Below, piece by piece: positions 10,226-21,253 of a DNA stretch of 64,000 nucleotides (position 1 is its first letter; each line of letters starts with the position of its first letter). The DNA is from Myxococcota bacterium (GTDB lineage Bacteria > Myxococcota_A > UBA796 > GCA-2862545), in assembly GCA_039208735.1 (NCBI GenBank), contig JBCCQY010000008.1, positions 34,703 to 98,702 of the forward strand, in the 5' to 3' direction. Made by a program: the position numbers and the translations under genes. The notes beneath the pieces were generated by a model. That model did no database searches, was not told the DNA's origin, and saw only the letters and a list, made by a program, of their open reading frames with translations.

Positions 10226-11023
10226 ATGCCCATGCTGGAGACGACCGGTGGACAGGTTGCATACGAGACAATCGGCTCCGGAAGTACCCCGATTGTGGCC
10301 GTGCCGGGAATCGGAGACACGCGAGCGAGCTACCGTGCCCTGGCTCCAATTCTCGCCGACCAAGACTGCACGGTTCACCTGATGGACCTTCGGGGACACG
10401 GGGACTCGGATGTGGGCTTCGGCTCGTACACCTCAGAGGACATTGGAGATGACGTGCACGAGCTGATGGAGTCCTTCGACCTTCGAGGGGCGCTCCTGCT
10501 CGGCAACTCCATCGGTGCGGCCGCCGTTGTTCACGCGTCGCTTCGGTCAGACCGCGTAAACGGGCTGGTTCTGCTGAGCGGCTTTGTCAGCGACCCGCCG
10601 AACTTCGGTGCAATCCGGTTGTTGCTCGGCATGATGTTCGCTTGGCCATGGGGCGTCTCGGTCTGGGGAATGTACCGCAAGACCCTGTTCGCATCTCCAC
10701 CTTCCGACTTTGCCGACAACCATGATGCAGTGTTGTCGAACCTACGTGAGGGGGGCCGATTGCAAGCTGTACGCACCATGATGTGCGCATCAAAGGCCGC
10801 CATCAGCGACCGCTTGTCGAACGTGACCGTTCCCGCGCTGATCGCGATGGGTGCGCAAGATCCCGACTTTTCGAGCCCGGAAGAGGAAGCGCACCGGCAA
10901 GCTCGCGAACTCGGTGGTGACAACCAGGTGGTGATGATCGATCAAGCGGGCCATTATCCTCAAGTTGAACGGCCAGAACAGACCGCACAGGCGATCCTCC
11001 GCTTCAGGGAGAACCACGTATAG
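10226..11023 (+). CDS. Alpha/beta fold hydrolase
   Basis: DLRGHGDS, GNSIG nucleophile elbow, GAQDPDF, AGHYPQVE. Confidence 0.9.
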   Translation: MPMLETTGGQVAYETIGSGSTPIVAVPGIGDTRASYRALAPILADQDCTVHLMDLRGHGDSDVGFGSYTSEDIGDDVHELMESFDLRGALLLGNSIGAAAVVHASLRSDRVNGLVLLSGFVSDPPNFGAIRLLLGMMFAWPWGVSVWGMYRKTLFASPPSDFADNHDAVLSNLREGGRLQAVRTMMCASKAAISDRLSNVTVPALIAMGAQDPDFSSPEEEAHRQARELGGDNQVVMIDQAGHYPQVERPEQTAQAILRFRENHV

Positions 11024-11596
11024 ATGGGCAGAAAGCGCGGACCCTCATTGACGCGAGAACAGGTCGTTCAAGCCGCGGTGGAGCTGGTGCGTGCCGAAGG
11101 GGCAGAGGCGCTTGGCGTGTCCCGGGTCGCGAGCGCGCTCAACATCAAGCCTCCGTCGATCTACAATCATGTAGGAACGGGCGATGCGCTTGCTCGAGCC
11201 GTTGTGCTCCAAGCCAATCGGGAGCTGGTGGACGTCCTGAAGAATACGGTGCGCGGCGTGCATGAACCCAGCGGCCAGTTGAGAGGCTTGGCCGACGCGA
11301 CCCGTAGCTGGGCGCTTGATAACCGAGGCCTGTACGCGCTGATGGCCAGGGTTAAGCCTGATAATGACGACCCAGCATTCATTCCGGTCTATCGCGACCT
11401 GTTGGACCTCTTTGGACGCCCCTTGGGGCAGCTCGGCGTACCCGATGACGAAATCATTCATGCCATCCGTGGTGTGAGAGCTGGTATCCACGGGTTCGTG
11501 CTGCTCGACTCAAGCGGGCAGTTTCAGTTCGAGGTCTCCACGGAGGAGAGCTATCACTGGCTCGTCGACACCTTGATCGCCGGGGTCTTGCGTTAG
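11024..11596 (+). CDS. TetR family regulator (WHG-type C-terminal domain)
   Basis: N-terminal HTH with VASALNIKPPSIYNH; IHGFVLL. Confidence 0.9.
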   Translation: MGRKRGPSLTREQVVQAAVELVRAEGAEALGVSRVASALNIKPPSIYNHVGTGDALARAVVLQANRELVDVLKNTVRGVHEPSGQLRGLADATRSWALDNRGLYALMARVKPDNDDPAFIPVYRDLLDLFGRPLGQLGVPDDEIIHAIRGVRAGIHGFVLLDSSGQFQFEVSTEESYHWLVDTLIAGVLR

Positions 11597-11728
11597 CGAG
11601 GACCACGAACCACACTCCGTCACGACCGCGGAATTTATAGGCCAAACTAACCAAACCACATCATTACAGTGATCACTGCAACAGTTTTTGATGGACCAGT
11701 TATGGGTGGATCATTCACCCGAGGTACC

Positions 11729-12874
11729 ATGACCACTCGCCCCACGTCCGCGCGTCCCCCGTCCCATGCCGAGTCCCCGACGCAGTCCGAGGCAGCACGG
11801 CTCCAGAGCTTCGGTCGAGCCCTCAGAGCCCTCCACGACCGTGAGATGGCCGATATGGGCGAGGCCGACGTGCGCTACATCGTGCAGCTCGATCGGTTCT
11901 CGCACGCCATGGAGGTCGTTGGCCGCACCCTGCTGCACACCAGCCTCGAGCCGGTGGGCTTTCTCACTGGCGTCACCTGTTTGTGGGTTCACAAACAGCT
12001 CCAGGCCACAGAGATCGGGCACACCGTGCTGCACGGGGTCTACGATCGTCTCGACGACCGCTATCGTTCGGACACCTTCGTCTGGCAGGCTCCCATCGAC
12101 GAGGACTCATGGCGCAACGGGCATAATCTGCGGCACCATCAGTTCACGAACGTCGCGCACCGAGATCCGGACATCAACTTCGGCGGCATTCGCCTAACCG
12201 AGGAAACCCCGCATCGAGCCGAACACTACCACCAGCTGGGGTCCGTATTCTTCGTCAGTGCTCCATTCTTCACCTCGGCGATGAACGCCCACTTCACCGG
12301 GTTGATGGACGTGTACGGGCTCGGTGGATGGGAAGACGAGGTTGACGTCATCGACCCGAGCGACCCCGAGGCAGTCCGCGAAGCCCATCGCCGGGCGTTT
12401 GGCAAGCTGCTCCCCCACCTCGCCAAGGAGTACCTGCTCTTCCCGGCCCTCGCCGGTCCGATGTTCTGGAAGGTTGCGCTCGGCAACTGGCTCAGCGAGC
12501 GCGCCCGGGACCTGTACACGGCGGCAACGATCTACTGCGGGCACGTCGGAGAGGATGTCGCGTCCTACCCGCCAGGCACCCGAGCGGGCTCGCGAGGCCG
12601 CTGGTACGAGATGCAAGTCGAGTCGAGCAACAACTTCACGGTTGCCTGGCCGTTCAACGTCCTGTGCGGGGGCCTCGAACACCAGATCGAGCACCACCTG
12701 TTTCCGAAGCTGCCGCCGCAGCGCCTGCGCGCCATCGCACCGGAGGTGGAGGCGATCTGTCAGGACCATGGGGTAGCCTACCGCTCGGAGCCTTGGGGGC
12801 GTACACTGCTCACCTCTCTCCGTCGCATCGCAGAGCTGAGCTTCCCCAAGCGAGCGGTGCCCTCCACAGGCTGA
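11729..12874 (+). CDS. Fatty acid (acyl-CoA) desaturase
   Basis: His boxes GHTVLHG, HNLRHH, QIEHHLFP. Confidence 0.9.
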   Translation: MTTRPTSARPPSHAESPTQSEAARLQSFGRALRALHDREMADMGEADVRYIVQLDRFSHAMEVVGRTLLHTSLEPVGFLTGVTCLWVHKQLQATEIGHTVLHGVYDRLDDRYRSDTFVWQAPIDEDSWRNGHNLRHHQFTNVAHRDPDINFGGIRLTEETPHRAEHYHQLGSVFFVSAPFFTSAMNAHFTGLMDVYGLGGWEDEVDVIDPSDPEAVREAHRRAFGKLLPHLAKEYLLFPALAGPMFWKVALGNWLSERARDLYTAATIYCGHVGEDVASYPPGTRAGSRGRWYEMQVESSNNFTVAWPFNVLCGGLEHQIEHHLFPKLPPQRLRAIAPEVEAICQDHGVAYRSEPWGRTLLTSLRRIAELSFPKRAVPSTG

Positions 12875-12877
12875 ATT

Positions 12878-13582
12878 ATGGGCCGCGAATTCACGATCGA
12901 CGAACTCGCCGCCGAGACGGGTGTCTCGAGCCGGACGATCCGCTTTTATCAGTCGAAGAAGGCACTTCCTGCGCCGGCGAGGCGTGGTCGGCTAGCGATC
13001 TACGATGACCGCCACGTCGAGCGCCTCCGCCTCATTGGCAGGCTGCAAGACCAGGGGCTCACCATCAAGGCCATCCGTTCGCTGCTGTCGCGAGCCGACC
13101 GGGGCGAGATGGAGCTGTCCACCTGGCTCGGACTGAACTCCAAGCTTCAGGTGCCGTGGACCGACGACCCATCCGTCTCGGTGTCGATGGACGAGCTGGT
13201 GGAGAAGATGGGCTCCGATCGCGAGGGTATGGTCGCCGAGCTGGTGCGAGCCGGCGTGGTGAAGCGAACGGGCAAGACCTTCTCGGTGCCGAGCCCTGCG
13301 CTGCTCACCATCACGCTCGAGCTGTCTCAAGCCGGCGTACCCCCCAGCATCAGCGCGGAGGCCGCCGAAATGTTGCGGCGACACCTTTCCCGTGCCGCCG
13401 AGGAGGTTTCCGAACTCTTCCTGGGCCGCTTCGGGGAGAGTGAAGCGCACGCCGAGAAGCTTACCGAGATCCTGGACACCCTCCGGCCGGCGACCCTGGA
13501 GGCCGTCCGGCTGATCTTCGCGCAGGAAATGGACGCAGCACTGCAAAAGGCAGTCGCATCGGGCTCGGTGCGTCTGCGCTAG
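12878..13582 (+). CDS. MerR family regulator
   Basis: FTIDELAAETGVSSRTIRFYQ..LP.P..GR..Y. Confidence 0.9.
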   Translation: MGREFTIDELAAETGVSSRTIRFYQSKKALPAPARRGRLAIYDDRHVERLRLIGRLQDQGLTIKAIRSLLSRADRGEMELSTWLGLNSKLQVPWTDDPSVSVSMDELVEKMGSDREGMVAELVRAGVVKRTGKTFSVPSPALLTITLELSQAGVPPSISAEAAEMLRRHLSRAAEEVSELFLGRFGESEAHAEKLTEILDTLRPATLEAVRLIFAQEMDAALQKAVASGSVRLR

Positions 13583-16563
13583 CGAGCGGGGACCAGGGGC
13601 TGTGGAGCGATTTCGTAGAGCCGCAATGCTTCGGCGAGGCTCGGTGACGTCGCGGACGCCTCCCGGATCTCCTCGAGGACCGATGCCGTGAGCGGAGGCT
13701 GAGCAAGTCGGGTCAAGGCGCGCACCGCGATCGCCGCGTGGGGTGCCAGCGCCCAGCCCCGTTGTTGCAGATCATCCAACATGGAGAGGGCTTCTTGGTG
13801 CTCGTGTCGACGTAGGGCATCGCACGCGAGGTGGAGGCGTGGAGCCCAGCTACCGGGTTGTTCGCTGCATAAAGCTCGATGAGCGGAGGCCGCTTCGTCG
13901 AAGCGTCCCTGCTGGAGCGCGATTTGGCCTTGCAGCGCAAGCACGTTCTGGCGCTCGATCGCGGGGAGCTGGCCACGAAGCAAGAGGATGGCTTGCTCCT
14001 CGGCCTCGTCAGAATTGCCCATGTCGAGCTGCGAGTAGGCGTAGCGAAGGGACGCGCGCACCCATCGACTCCAGTGCCCATTGCTCGCGGCCAGCTCGAT
14101 GACCCGCTGGATGCACCGCAAGGATTCCTCGTGGCGACCCAAGGCGGTGAGCGCCTCCGCCCGGTCGATCTCGATGTCGTAGTCGAGATGACCGTCGGGC
14201 TCGGCAACGCGCCGCGCTCGGTCGGCCACGGCAATCACCTGTCGTGGATCCTCAAGCTCGTTGAGGAGCCGTCCCATCCAGAACAGCACACGGAGGTGAA
14301 TGCTTGGGTGGCGCGGCACCTCGCGTTCGAGCTGGCGGAGTTCCTCGAGCAGCACCGGTCCGGGTTGGGTGTGACAACGGATACGTCCCATCAGCTCCAT
14401 GAGCCGAAATCGAGGCTCGAGGCCTTCGAGTCCTACACGCTTCGCCTCCTCCAACGCCTCCGCAGACGCGTCCATGGCCCCCACGAAGTCGCCCTGGCGC
14501 TCGCGAAGCCAGCCCCGCGCGCTCAAAATCCACGCCCGCTGTCCGGAGTCACGGCACTGGCGCAGAGTGGCCTCGATTCGCGCAGCATGCTCGTCGGGAC
14601 TCGCCTTCACCCACCGCGAAGCAAGCACGGCGTAGCCTAGACGTGCCCAATGCTCATGGGTCGGCCGGGTAAGGGGCCAGGTAGCCTTGCACTCGCGGTA
14701 GAGACGCCCCGACTCGCCACGTCCCGTTCGCTCGGCCGCCCGACGCAAGGCGACGGCAAGGGTGCTGGCCTCGTGAGGCCGATCCGTTTGTCGCGCCCAC
14801 TGCAGCGCCTGGCAGACGTCGGGTTCGAGCGCGGAGAACTTGGCGATATCGGCGGACGGGGCGTCCGCACCGATGACGGGCTCGGCGAAGGCCAGAACCC
14901 AGGCCAGGTGTCGATCGTGGGTCGCACGCAGTTGAGCCGGGTCGGACTCGAGCAGCTCACGGGCCAGCTCGCGCACGCTGTCGAGAAGTCCGAACCGGGG
15001 CGCGTGAGAGGTCTCGCGGGTCACATCGACAAGCGAACACTCCACCAGCTCCCGAAGGCGTTCCAACCACCCGCTCCCGAGAGCACGCGGGATGACGGCT
15101 TGTGCGGATGCCAAGGTGAAGGGAGTACGAAACACTCCGAGCTGCGCGAGCAAAGAGCGTTCCCGTTCGTCGAGTTGTTCGACCGACCACATCAGCGCGG
15201 ATCGAAGACTGCTCCACGGGCTGGCCGTCGACTCGCCCTGCAGCAGCGAGAACCGATCGCCGATGCGCCTGGACAGCTCATGTACGCTCATCAAAGCGAG
15301 GTGACGACCTGCGAGTTCAAGCGCCAGGGGCAGGCCGTCGAGCCTGTCGACGGCCAATCGTTCGGCGTCGCGGCGCTCGGCTTCATTGGGCCGCCAGTGA
15401 ACGCCCGGTCGCTTCGCGGCATACAGCATCAACTTCACCGCCTCAGGCCCTCCGAGGCCCTCGAGGACGAGCACCTGCTCGTGAGGCACGTTCAGCCTTC
15501 GCCGAGACGTCACGACGATGTGCGTGTTCGGCCGGTTCAGGAACGCGCGCTCGAGAAGGGTCCGAAGTCCGTCGGTGACGAGATCGGCTGCATCGAAGAC
15601 CACAATGTGCTCACCTCGATGCTGAAGGGCCAGCGCAATCGACGCGTCTTGGGAACGCGAGGCATCGTCGACGAGTCCGTAGCTTCCCAGCGTTGCCGCG
15701 AGCAGTCCGTCCTCAGTCCGCACCCGACCGAGTTCAACCCAGACCTGCAGGGTGCCGGAGCGTGCGATCTGCAGCGCCTCGCGCACGAGTCGCGTCTTCC
15801 CCATCCCGCCAGGTCCAACCACGGTGAGCAACCCCGGTGGACCGTCGAGGAACCGTCGCAAGGTCGCCATTTCATTGGCACGCCCTACAAAGTCTCCCTG
15901 CACGGGTTGCGTCACCTGCGGGGTCGCCACCGTCGCGGGGACCAACTCGTAGCCTTGCCCCGATCGATTCACGAGATGTTGCGGTGCCGTAGGATCGACC
16001 TCAATCTTCTCCCGCAGGCGCTGAATTGAAACGTAGGGTGCGCGGGACCGCGAGCGGGGGTGGTACCCCCAAACGTCCGACAACAGCACACCAAGCGGTG
16101 CGGGCCGATCTCGCAGAGCCAAAAACGACAGCAATCGATGCTCGAGTGCGGTCAGGGAGGTCGCGGGTCGGTCGAGGCGAACCACACGGTGGTGGGTCAA
16201 GTCGATGGTGCCGTCGTGCAGGGGTATCGACGTCGCCGCCGCGCCCTCGTCTGTCGATGCGAAGATGTAGCCTTGATTCTTAATGAACCGCAGGTGGATC
16301 GCCTCGCGGGGGTCGGGCTAGATCTTGCGCCGGAGTCGCCAGACAGCCTGGTGCACCACCCGAGAGGTCTTGCCCCGACGTGCCTTCCAGACGGTTTGCC
16401 ACAGCTCGGACACGGCTACGGGACCTGTGGCCTTCCACAAAACCGCCAGGAGCTGGCACTCGAGGTCACTTAAGCGCACCGGCAAGCCGTGACGGCGCAT
16501 CACCCATTGCTTCTCGAGATCGATCTTTCCATCGGTCAGCAGAATGACTCTGGGCCACGACAT
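13579..16563 (-). pseudogene. Tandem winged-helix (OmpR-type) + STAND NTPase + TPR regulator, interrupted by in-frame TAG at 16318-16320; downstream part 13579-16200 is an intact ORF
   Basis: ORFs 16318-16578 and 13579-16200 are in frame; gap reads RLRRKI*PDPREAIHLRFIKNQGY; second wHTH RLREKIEVDP..GQGY; Walker A GPGGMGKT; LDGLPLALELA; TPR-like C-terminus. Confidence 0.8.
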
Positions 16564-16889
16564 GGCGGAAGGTAGCACCGCATGGGGTGGTTGGGAAGTG
16601 ACACCTCACGAGCGTGGGAGAGATACAGTCACTTGCTGACTAAATTCTTCAAACCTGCATCCTGGCCGCTGTCCTTTCGGTTGTCGTGCAGAGAATCGTG
16701 CACCGATGTGATGGCGTGCCGCGAAGAGCCGTCGCCCGAGGCAGCCGCCGAGTTTCGAAGTCTAAAACCATTAAAATTCCAGACGAGCCGATTGGCTCAG
16801 TCTGCGCGGAACGATGGCCCCCGCATTGACATGATGGCCAAGAACGCCAAAGCTCTGCAGCGGCTCGCATCGGGGCCGAGGAGGGTGCA

Positions 16890-19055
16890 ATGGTTCGAAG
16901 GATGGCGAGCATCGCCTTGTTGAGCGTTCTTGTGGCGAGCTCGGTCGCGGATGCGCAGGTCGTCGACATCGGGATCTCGACCGGGGATTGGGTTGGCAAT
17001 CCAACCACGCTGACCGGTGGGTTTTCGGAGGTGACCAACGCTGCGAATGTCTCCATCGAGGTCAACGGAGTTTTGGCGAGCGTCGTGCCCGATCCCTTCG
17101 ACAATACGCGGGGCACGTGGAGCTTGGCGTTCTCCAACCTAAGCTTCTCGTCGCAAACGCCGCAGCACAAGCTCAAGGCCTTCCTTTACGAAGGGCTGGA
17201 CCCCGACCCGCATGCCATTGATCGCGTCACCTACTACGACACTGCGGACAGCTACTCGTTCACGCGTACGCCGGGCACCCTCCTGCACACGAACGGTGTG
17301 CACGTGCGACTCAATGAAATGGGCACGTTCGATGTCTTCGAGGCCCTAGTGGCAGCAGGGGCCAAGTCCTGGGGCGATGACCTCGAAGAGCATCTCGATC
17401 CCGACAATCCCGTCGATTTCGACCCTCCGGTGTCCCCCTGCGCTACATTGGCAGCATTAGGACTTAGTTTCAACGATCTGGGGCTGGATTCGACCAGCTT
17501 CGGAATCTCGACGTGGCCTGCGAATGCCCCCAGTCCTGTCGGGGTCAGCGTATGTGTCGATCGATTCCGCTTCGACCCGACCGCAATCGACACCGAGAGC
17601 ATTGCGGACCCGCCGGACTTGGACGGGGATGGGGCAGCGGATGCCTTCCTCGAACTCGACAGCCGGGTGGGGGCGCTCCATGTCGACACGACGGCCGGCC
17701 CCGTGTCGATGAGTGGCGACCTCACGTTCTGGCTCGACGTCAACATCGACGTGTCGCTGGCCTTTGTCGTTCCACTTCCCGTCGGCGTCAGCCTGACGGC
17801 GGTCGACAACGTCAAAACCAGCTGTTCGGCGACGGCGACAATGGATCACTTTAAAGCCGTTGCCGACCTCAATCTCGAGCCGGACCCGGCCGAGCCAGGG
17901 CGAATCAAGGCCGAGCCCATCCCAGGAACCACGAACATCATCATGGGGCCGGTCGGTGTCACGGCCACGGGCCTGTGTGGTGCCTTGGCATCCTTTGCGA
18001 ACGTCCCGGAGCCGACCGCACAAGCGTTGTCACCCGTGATCACCATGGCGGCGGATGGCGATCCGTCTGACCCCGATGACAACGGCTTCGTAGCGAACCA
18101 GTTCGCGCAGTTCATCGACGATTGGGAGCCGGTAGAACCCATCGAACTCGAGTTTCTCGAGAACTCTGCGACAATCAATCCTCAGGGGGCCTTCTCCTTC
18201 ATTGATGAGGATGCCGATGGCATCACCACCACCATCAAGACGAAGTTCGCCGTCGACACATATTCGGGTACCCGGGACGCGGTGCGGCAAGAGCCCGATG
18301 TCTACCTGCAGGACAACCACGCCGAGAACTTCGATCCCGTCTCGCCACAGGGCCATCCCTACATGTTCGCACCTGCCATTTCCGCAGGTACGATGACGCA
18401 ATTCCTGCATGCGGCATACCACTCCGGTCTGCTCCACACGTCGCTGACGGAACTCGATTTCGAGAGCTTGGGGATTTGTCTGGATGATGGTGCGGGCGGC
18501 TGCTTGACCGGCCCCCAGTCCATCACGGCCGGCACCCTCACCGAGGTATTCCCGGGCCTGGATAGCGTCTTGAGCTTTTCCAGTCTCAAGTTGGAGATTC
18601 GTTCGGGATTCGGGCTTCCGCCGGTCGTCGTCGTGGACGACGTCCCGGGCACGGCCCGACTCAAAATCTCGGCGATGCACTACACCGTTGCCATCTACTT
18701 CCGAGACTCCGCGCCAGGAGCCGAACCCCTCCTCTCGTATGTCGGTGACCTCTTTGGGTACATCGACCTCTCCACGGACTCACAAGGCGAGTTGGTCGTG
18801 CGGCCGAACGTGGCGGTCACGCTGGGGGCGGGGCGAAGCATCGGGACTGTGCTGAGCGTCCAGCCGCCGATTGCGGCTTACCAAGACGAGGTCAACGAGG
18901 CGCTCGAGTCACTGATACCCGATGTCGTCGCGCTGTCGCCGCTTCCGAGCCTCAGCGTCGATGACGGCACAACGACGGCGAACTTCTTGCCGCTCGATGT
19001 CGAGACCCAGACCAACGACGAAACGCTCTACCTCGATCTCATGCTCGCACCGTAG
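16890..19055 (+). CDS. Secreted beta-rich protein, possibly BPI/LBP (TULIP)-like
   Basis: RBS GAGGAG; signal peptide ending ADA; GVHVRLNEMG and AISAGTMTQFLHAAYHSGLL resemble BPI N- and C-domain signatures. Confidence 0.55.
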   Translation: MVRRMASIALLSVLVASSVADAQVVDIGISTGDWVGNPTTLTGGFSEVTNAANVSIEVNGVLASVVPDPFDNTRGTWSLAFSNLSFSSQTPQHKLKAFLYEGLDPDPHAIDRVTYYDTADSYSFTRTPGTLLHTNGVHVRLNEMGTFDVFEALVAAGAKSWGDDLEEHLDPDNPVDFDPPVSPCATLAALGLSFNDLGLDSTSFGISTWPANAPSPVGVSVCVDRFRFDPTAIDTESIADPPDLDGDGAADAFLELDSRVGALHVDTTAGPVSMSGDLTFWLDVNIDVSLAFVVPLPVGVSLTAVDNVKTSCSATATMDHFKAVADLNLEPDPAEPGRIKAEPIPGTTNIIMGPVGVTATGLCGALASFANVPEPTAQALSPVITMAADGDPSDPDDNGFVANQFAQFIDDWEPVEPIELEFLENSATINPQGAFSFIDEDADGITTTIKTKFAVDTYSGTRDAVRQEPDVYLQDNHAENFDPVSPQGHPYMFAPAISAGTMTQFLHAAYHSGLLHTSLTELDFESLGICLDDGAGGCLTGPQSITAGTLTEVFPGLDSVLSFSSLKLEIRSGFGLPPVVVVDDVPGTARLKISAMHYTVAIYFRDSAPGAEPLLSYVGDLFGYIDLSTDSQGELVVRPNVAVTLGAGRSIGTVLSVQPPIAAYQDEVNEALESLIPDVVALSPLPSLSVDDGTTTANFLPLDVETQTNDETLYLDLMLAP

Positions 19056-19135
19056 TTCGATGGCCGACCCAACCCGCGCAGTGTGGGGAGCCCTCCGGCG
19101 GGGCTCAAGACGACGGATCGCCAAAGGGGGGCAGG

Positions 19136-20479
19136 TTGACCCAGCTCTTTACACTCGTGGATGGCAGTATCGACTTGCACGGTGGACGAATTCGAAGGGA
19201 GGGATCAAACGAGACCCGGATGACGGAAATGGAACACCGTCTGGTGTCCTACCTCGCCCAGCGTGCTTCGCCGGCTCCTGTCGACGAGCTGCTTCGTGAG
19301 GTCTGGGGCTACCACGAGCGCGTCCGTAGCCGCTCCCCCTACGTGATCATCCAACGCCTCCGGAAGAAGATCGAGCTCGAGCCGTCATCTCCTCGCCATC
19401 TGTTGTGCATTCAGGGACAGGGCTATGTGCTGAGACCGAAGGGCGGTCCGACGGTCGAGCTTCCGCCCCCCTCGCCACTGGCTGAGGACCTGGTCGGGCG
19501 TGCCGAATCGCTGCGTTCGCTCCACCAAGCGGTCGAAGCGGGATGCCGCTGGCTGACCATCCATGCTGGCGCAGGCGTGGGCAAGACGCGGCTCGCGTTG
19601 GAGTTCCTGGCCACCCGACCCTCGATGTCGGTAGACCGCGACGTTCTGCTTCGCCTCGGCCCACACGACAGTCACGCGACGACCCTGGCCTCCCTTCACG
19701 CGGTCTACGCCGCAACAGGTTCGGATGCGTCGGGGGCGAATGTTCTGCTAAAGACGATCGCCGAACGAGGCCGTCACGTGCTCGTCATCGATGGGGCGGA
19801 GGGCCTTCACGCGACGCTCGCTCCGCGGCTCGATCGCATTGTGGAGTCTACCCGCGACGTCACGCTGCTCGTCACGTCGCGCGTGGTCCTCCGCGGCATC
19901 CACGAGACGCGATTCACGCTCCCACCACTCGATCGTGCCTCTGCGGGACGCCTGCTCCGCAGCCGAGGACGTCGGTGCGGCTGGGAAACCCGCGACGAAC
20001 CCGCAACCACCGCGCGGCTGGAACGTCTTGCCCACGGCAATCTCGAGGGCAATCCCTTGGCCATCGAACTCGCCGCGTCGAGGCTACCCGTTTTGGGGCT
20101 CTCGGGTCTGGCCGAGGCGCTGAAGGACCGGTTTCGAGTCCTTCGGACGCAGGCACCGAGCTACCGGTTCAACAGTCTCCAGGCCTCGCTCGAGTGGTCC
20201 TGGAAGCTCCTGGACGAAGGCGAGCGGACCTTTCTGAAACAGATCGCCTTGCTCAACAGCCCCTTCACGGTCGCCGAAGTCGAGGCGCTCCCCTTCGACC
20301 ACGAAACGTGGACCATCGACATGCTCCAGGCAATGGTGAACCACAGCTTCGTGCAGCCCGACCAAAGTGCCGACCCGCCTAAGTTCCGGATGCTGGATTC
20401 CGCCCGTGAGTTCGTTTCGCAGCGCGAGGAGGCTGCTGCACGCCGCGGTCTCGACCCTGAACCATCAGGGAACGATTAG
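19136..20479 (+). CDS. Winged-helix + STAND NTPase regulator lacking a C-terminal TPR sensor
   Basis: VWGY..RSRSPYVIIQRLRKKIE..GQGY; AGAGVGKT; LEGNPLAIELAA; SLEWSW; FRMLDSAREF; paralogue of 13579-16200. Confidence 0.85.
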   Translation: MTQLFTLVDGSIDLHGGRIRREGSNETRMTEMEHRLVSYLAQRASPAPVDELLREVWGYHERVRSRSPYVIIQRLRKKIELEPSSPRHLLCIQGQGYVLRPKGGPTVELPPPSPLAEDLVGRAESLRSLHQAVEAGCRWLTIHAGAGVGKTRLALEFLATRPSMSVDRDVLLRLGPHDSHATTLASLHAVYAATGSDASGANVLLKTIAERGRHVLVIDGAEGLHATLAPRLDRIVESTRDVTLLVTSRVVLRGIHETRFTLPPLDRASAGRLLRSRGRRCGWETRDEPATTARLERLAHGNLEGNPLAIELAASRLPVLGLSGLAEALKDRFRVLRTQAPSYRFNSLQASLEWSWKLLDEGERTFLKQIALLNSPFTVAEVEALPFDHETWTIDMLQAMVNHSFVQPDQSADPPKFRMLDSAREFVSQREEAAARRGLDPEPSGND

Positions 20480-21253
20480 CCCGCCACCCTCGCCGTCACC
20501 GTTGCCGTCCCGATCCTCAGTACAGATCGGGTCATCGGGCAGATTAACGGTGATGCGGCAGGTTCCTTCACATTCGATTCGACACTTGTCCAAGGCCGCA
20601 ATGTAGTCTCCAACGCAACTCCCAAACCAGGTACCCTGCAGGAAGAAGCAATCGGCATTGGCCTGCCTTGCGGCATCGGCAGCCTGGATCGGACAGTTCA
20701 CACTCGGATCCCCCTCGGGCGACGACAGCGTCTCGGAGGTGGCCTCGACACCGGTAATCCAGACCTGTTCATTGTTTCCATCGAGCTCCACCGATGCATC
20801 CATGGAGACCGCGGCAGCCGGGGCGACCGCCCGGACGGTGAGAACCGCGTAGTCCCCGTCGGTCATCGGCTCGGTCTCGTTGGCGGTGGCAAGGACGCTG
20901 CCGGACGCATCGAGGAACCTGACCGTCGCGGACACATCAGGGGTGCCCGTCATGGCGAGCGCAGTCACCGCTAGCGTGACATCCCGTTCCCCGAACGGAA
21001 GGGAGACCTGCCGGAACAGTCGCTGCGTCGTCGAGTCACCGGTGACCAGAACCCCGTCGTCGGTAGCATTGCCGCAGCTCTCAAACGACAAGGGAGTCGC
21101 CGCATCGCTCCATCCGAATTCACAGTCTCCCACCCAGGCACTGCTGCACGTCGCAGTCAGGTCGTCTCCAAAGTCTTCGTCGATCAGCGTGGTCGCCGAA
21201 GCGGTGACCGGCAACAGCAGCCCCAGCACAATCGAACACATGCGAACGGACAT
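20465..21253 (-). CDS. Secreted hypothetical protein (beta-sandwich-like region plus Cys-rich C-terminus)
   Basis: RBS GGAGG, signal peptide ending TASA, several Cys at the C-terminus. Confidence 0.6.
   Translation of the reverse strand: MSVRMCSIVLGLLLPVTASATTLIDEDFGDDLTATCSSAWVGDCEFGWSDAATPLSFESCGNATDDGVLVTGDSTTQRLFRQVSLPFGERDVTLAVTALAMTGTPDVSATVRFLDASGSVLATANETEPMTDGDYAVLTVRAVAPAAAVSMDASVELDGNNEQVWITGVEATSETLSSPEGDPSVNCPIQAADAARQANADCFFLQGTWFGSCVGDYIAALDKCRIECEGTCRITVNLPDDPICTEDRDGNGDGEGGGLIVP

Noticed and set aside
10226..11596. Hydrolase-TetR readthrough fusion (TAG directly followed by in-frame ATG)
   Set aside because: Both proteins are complete, normal-length family members; simple translational coupling explains it
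14650..16029. Long antisense ORFs (also 45303-46463, 26126-27250, 233-1102 and others)
   Set aside because: Shadow frames of real genes in high-GC DNA, with no motifs
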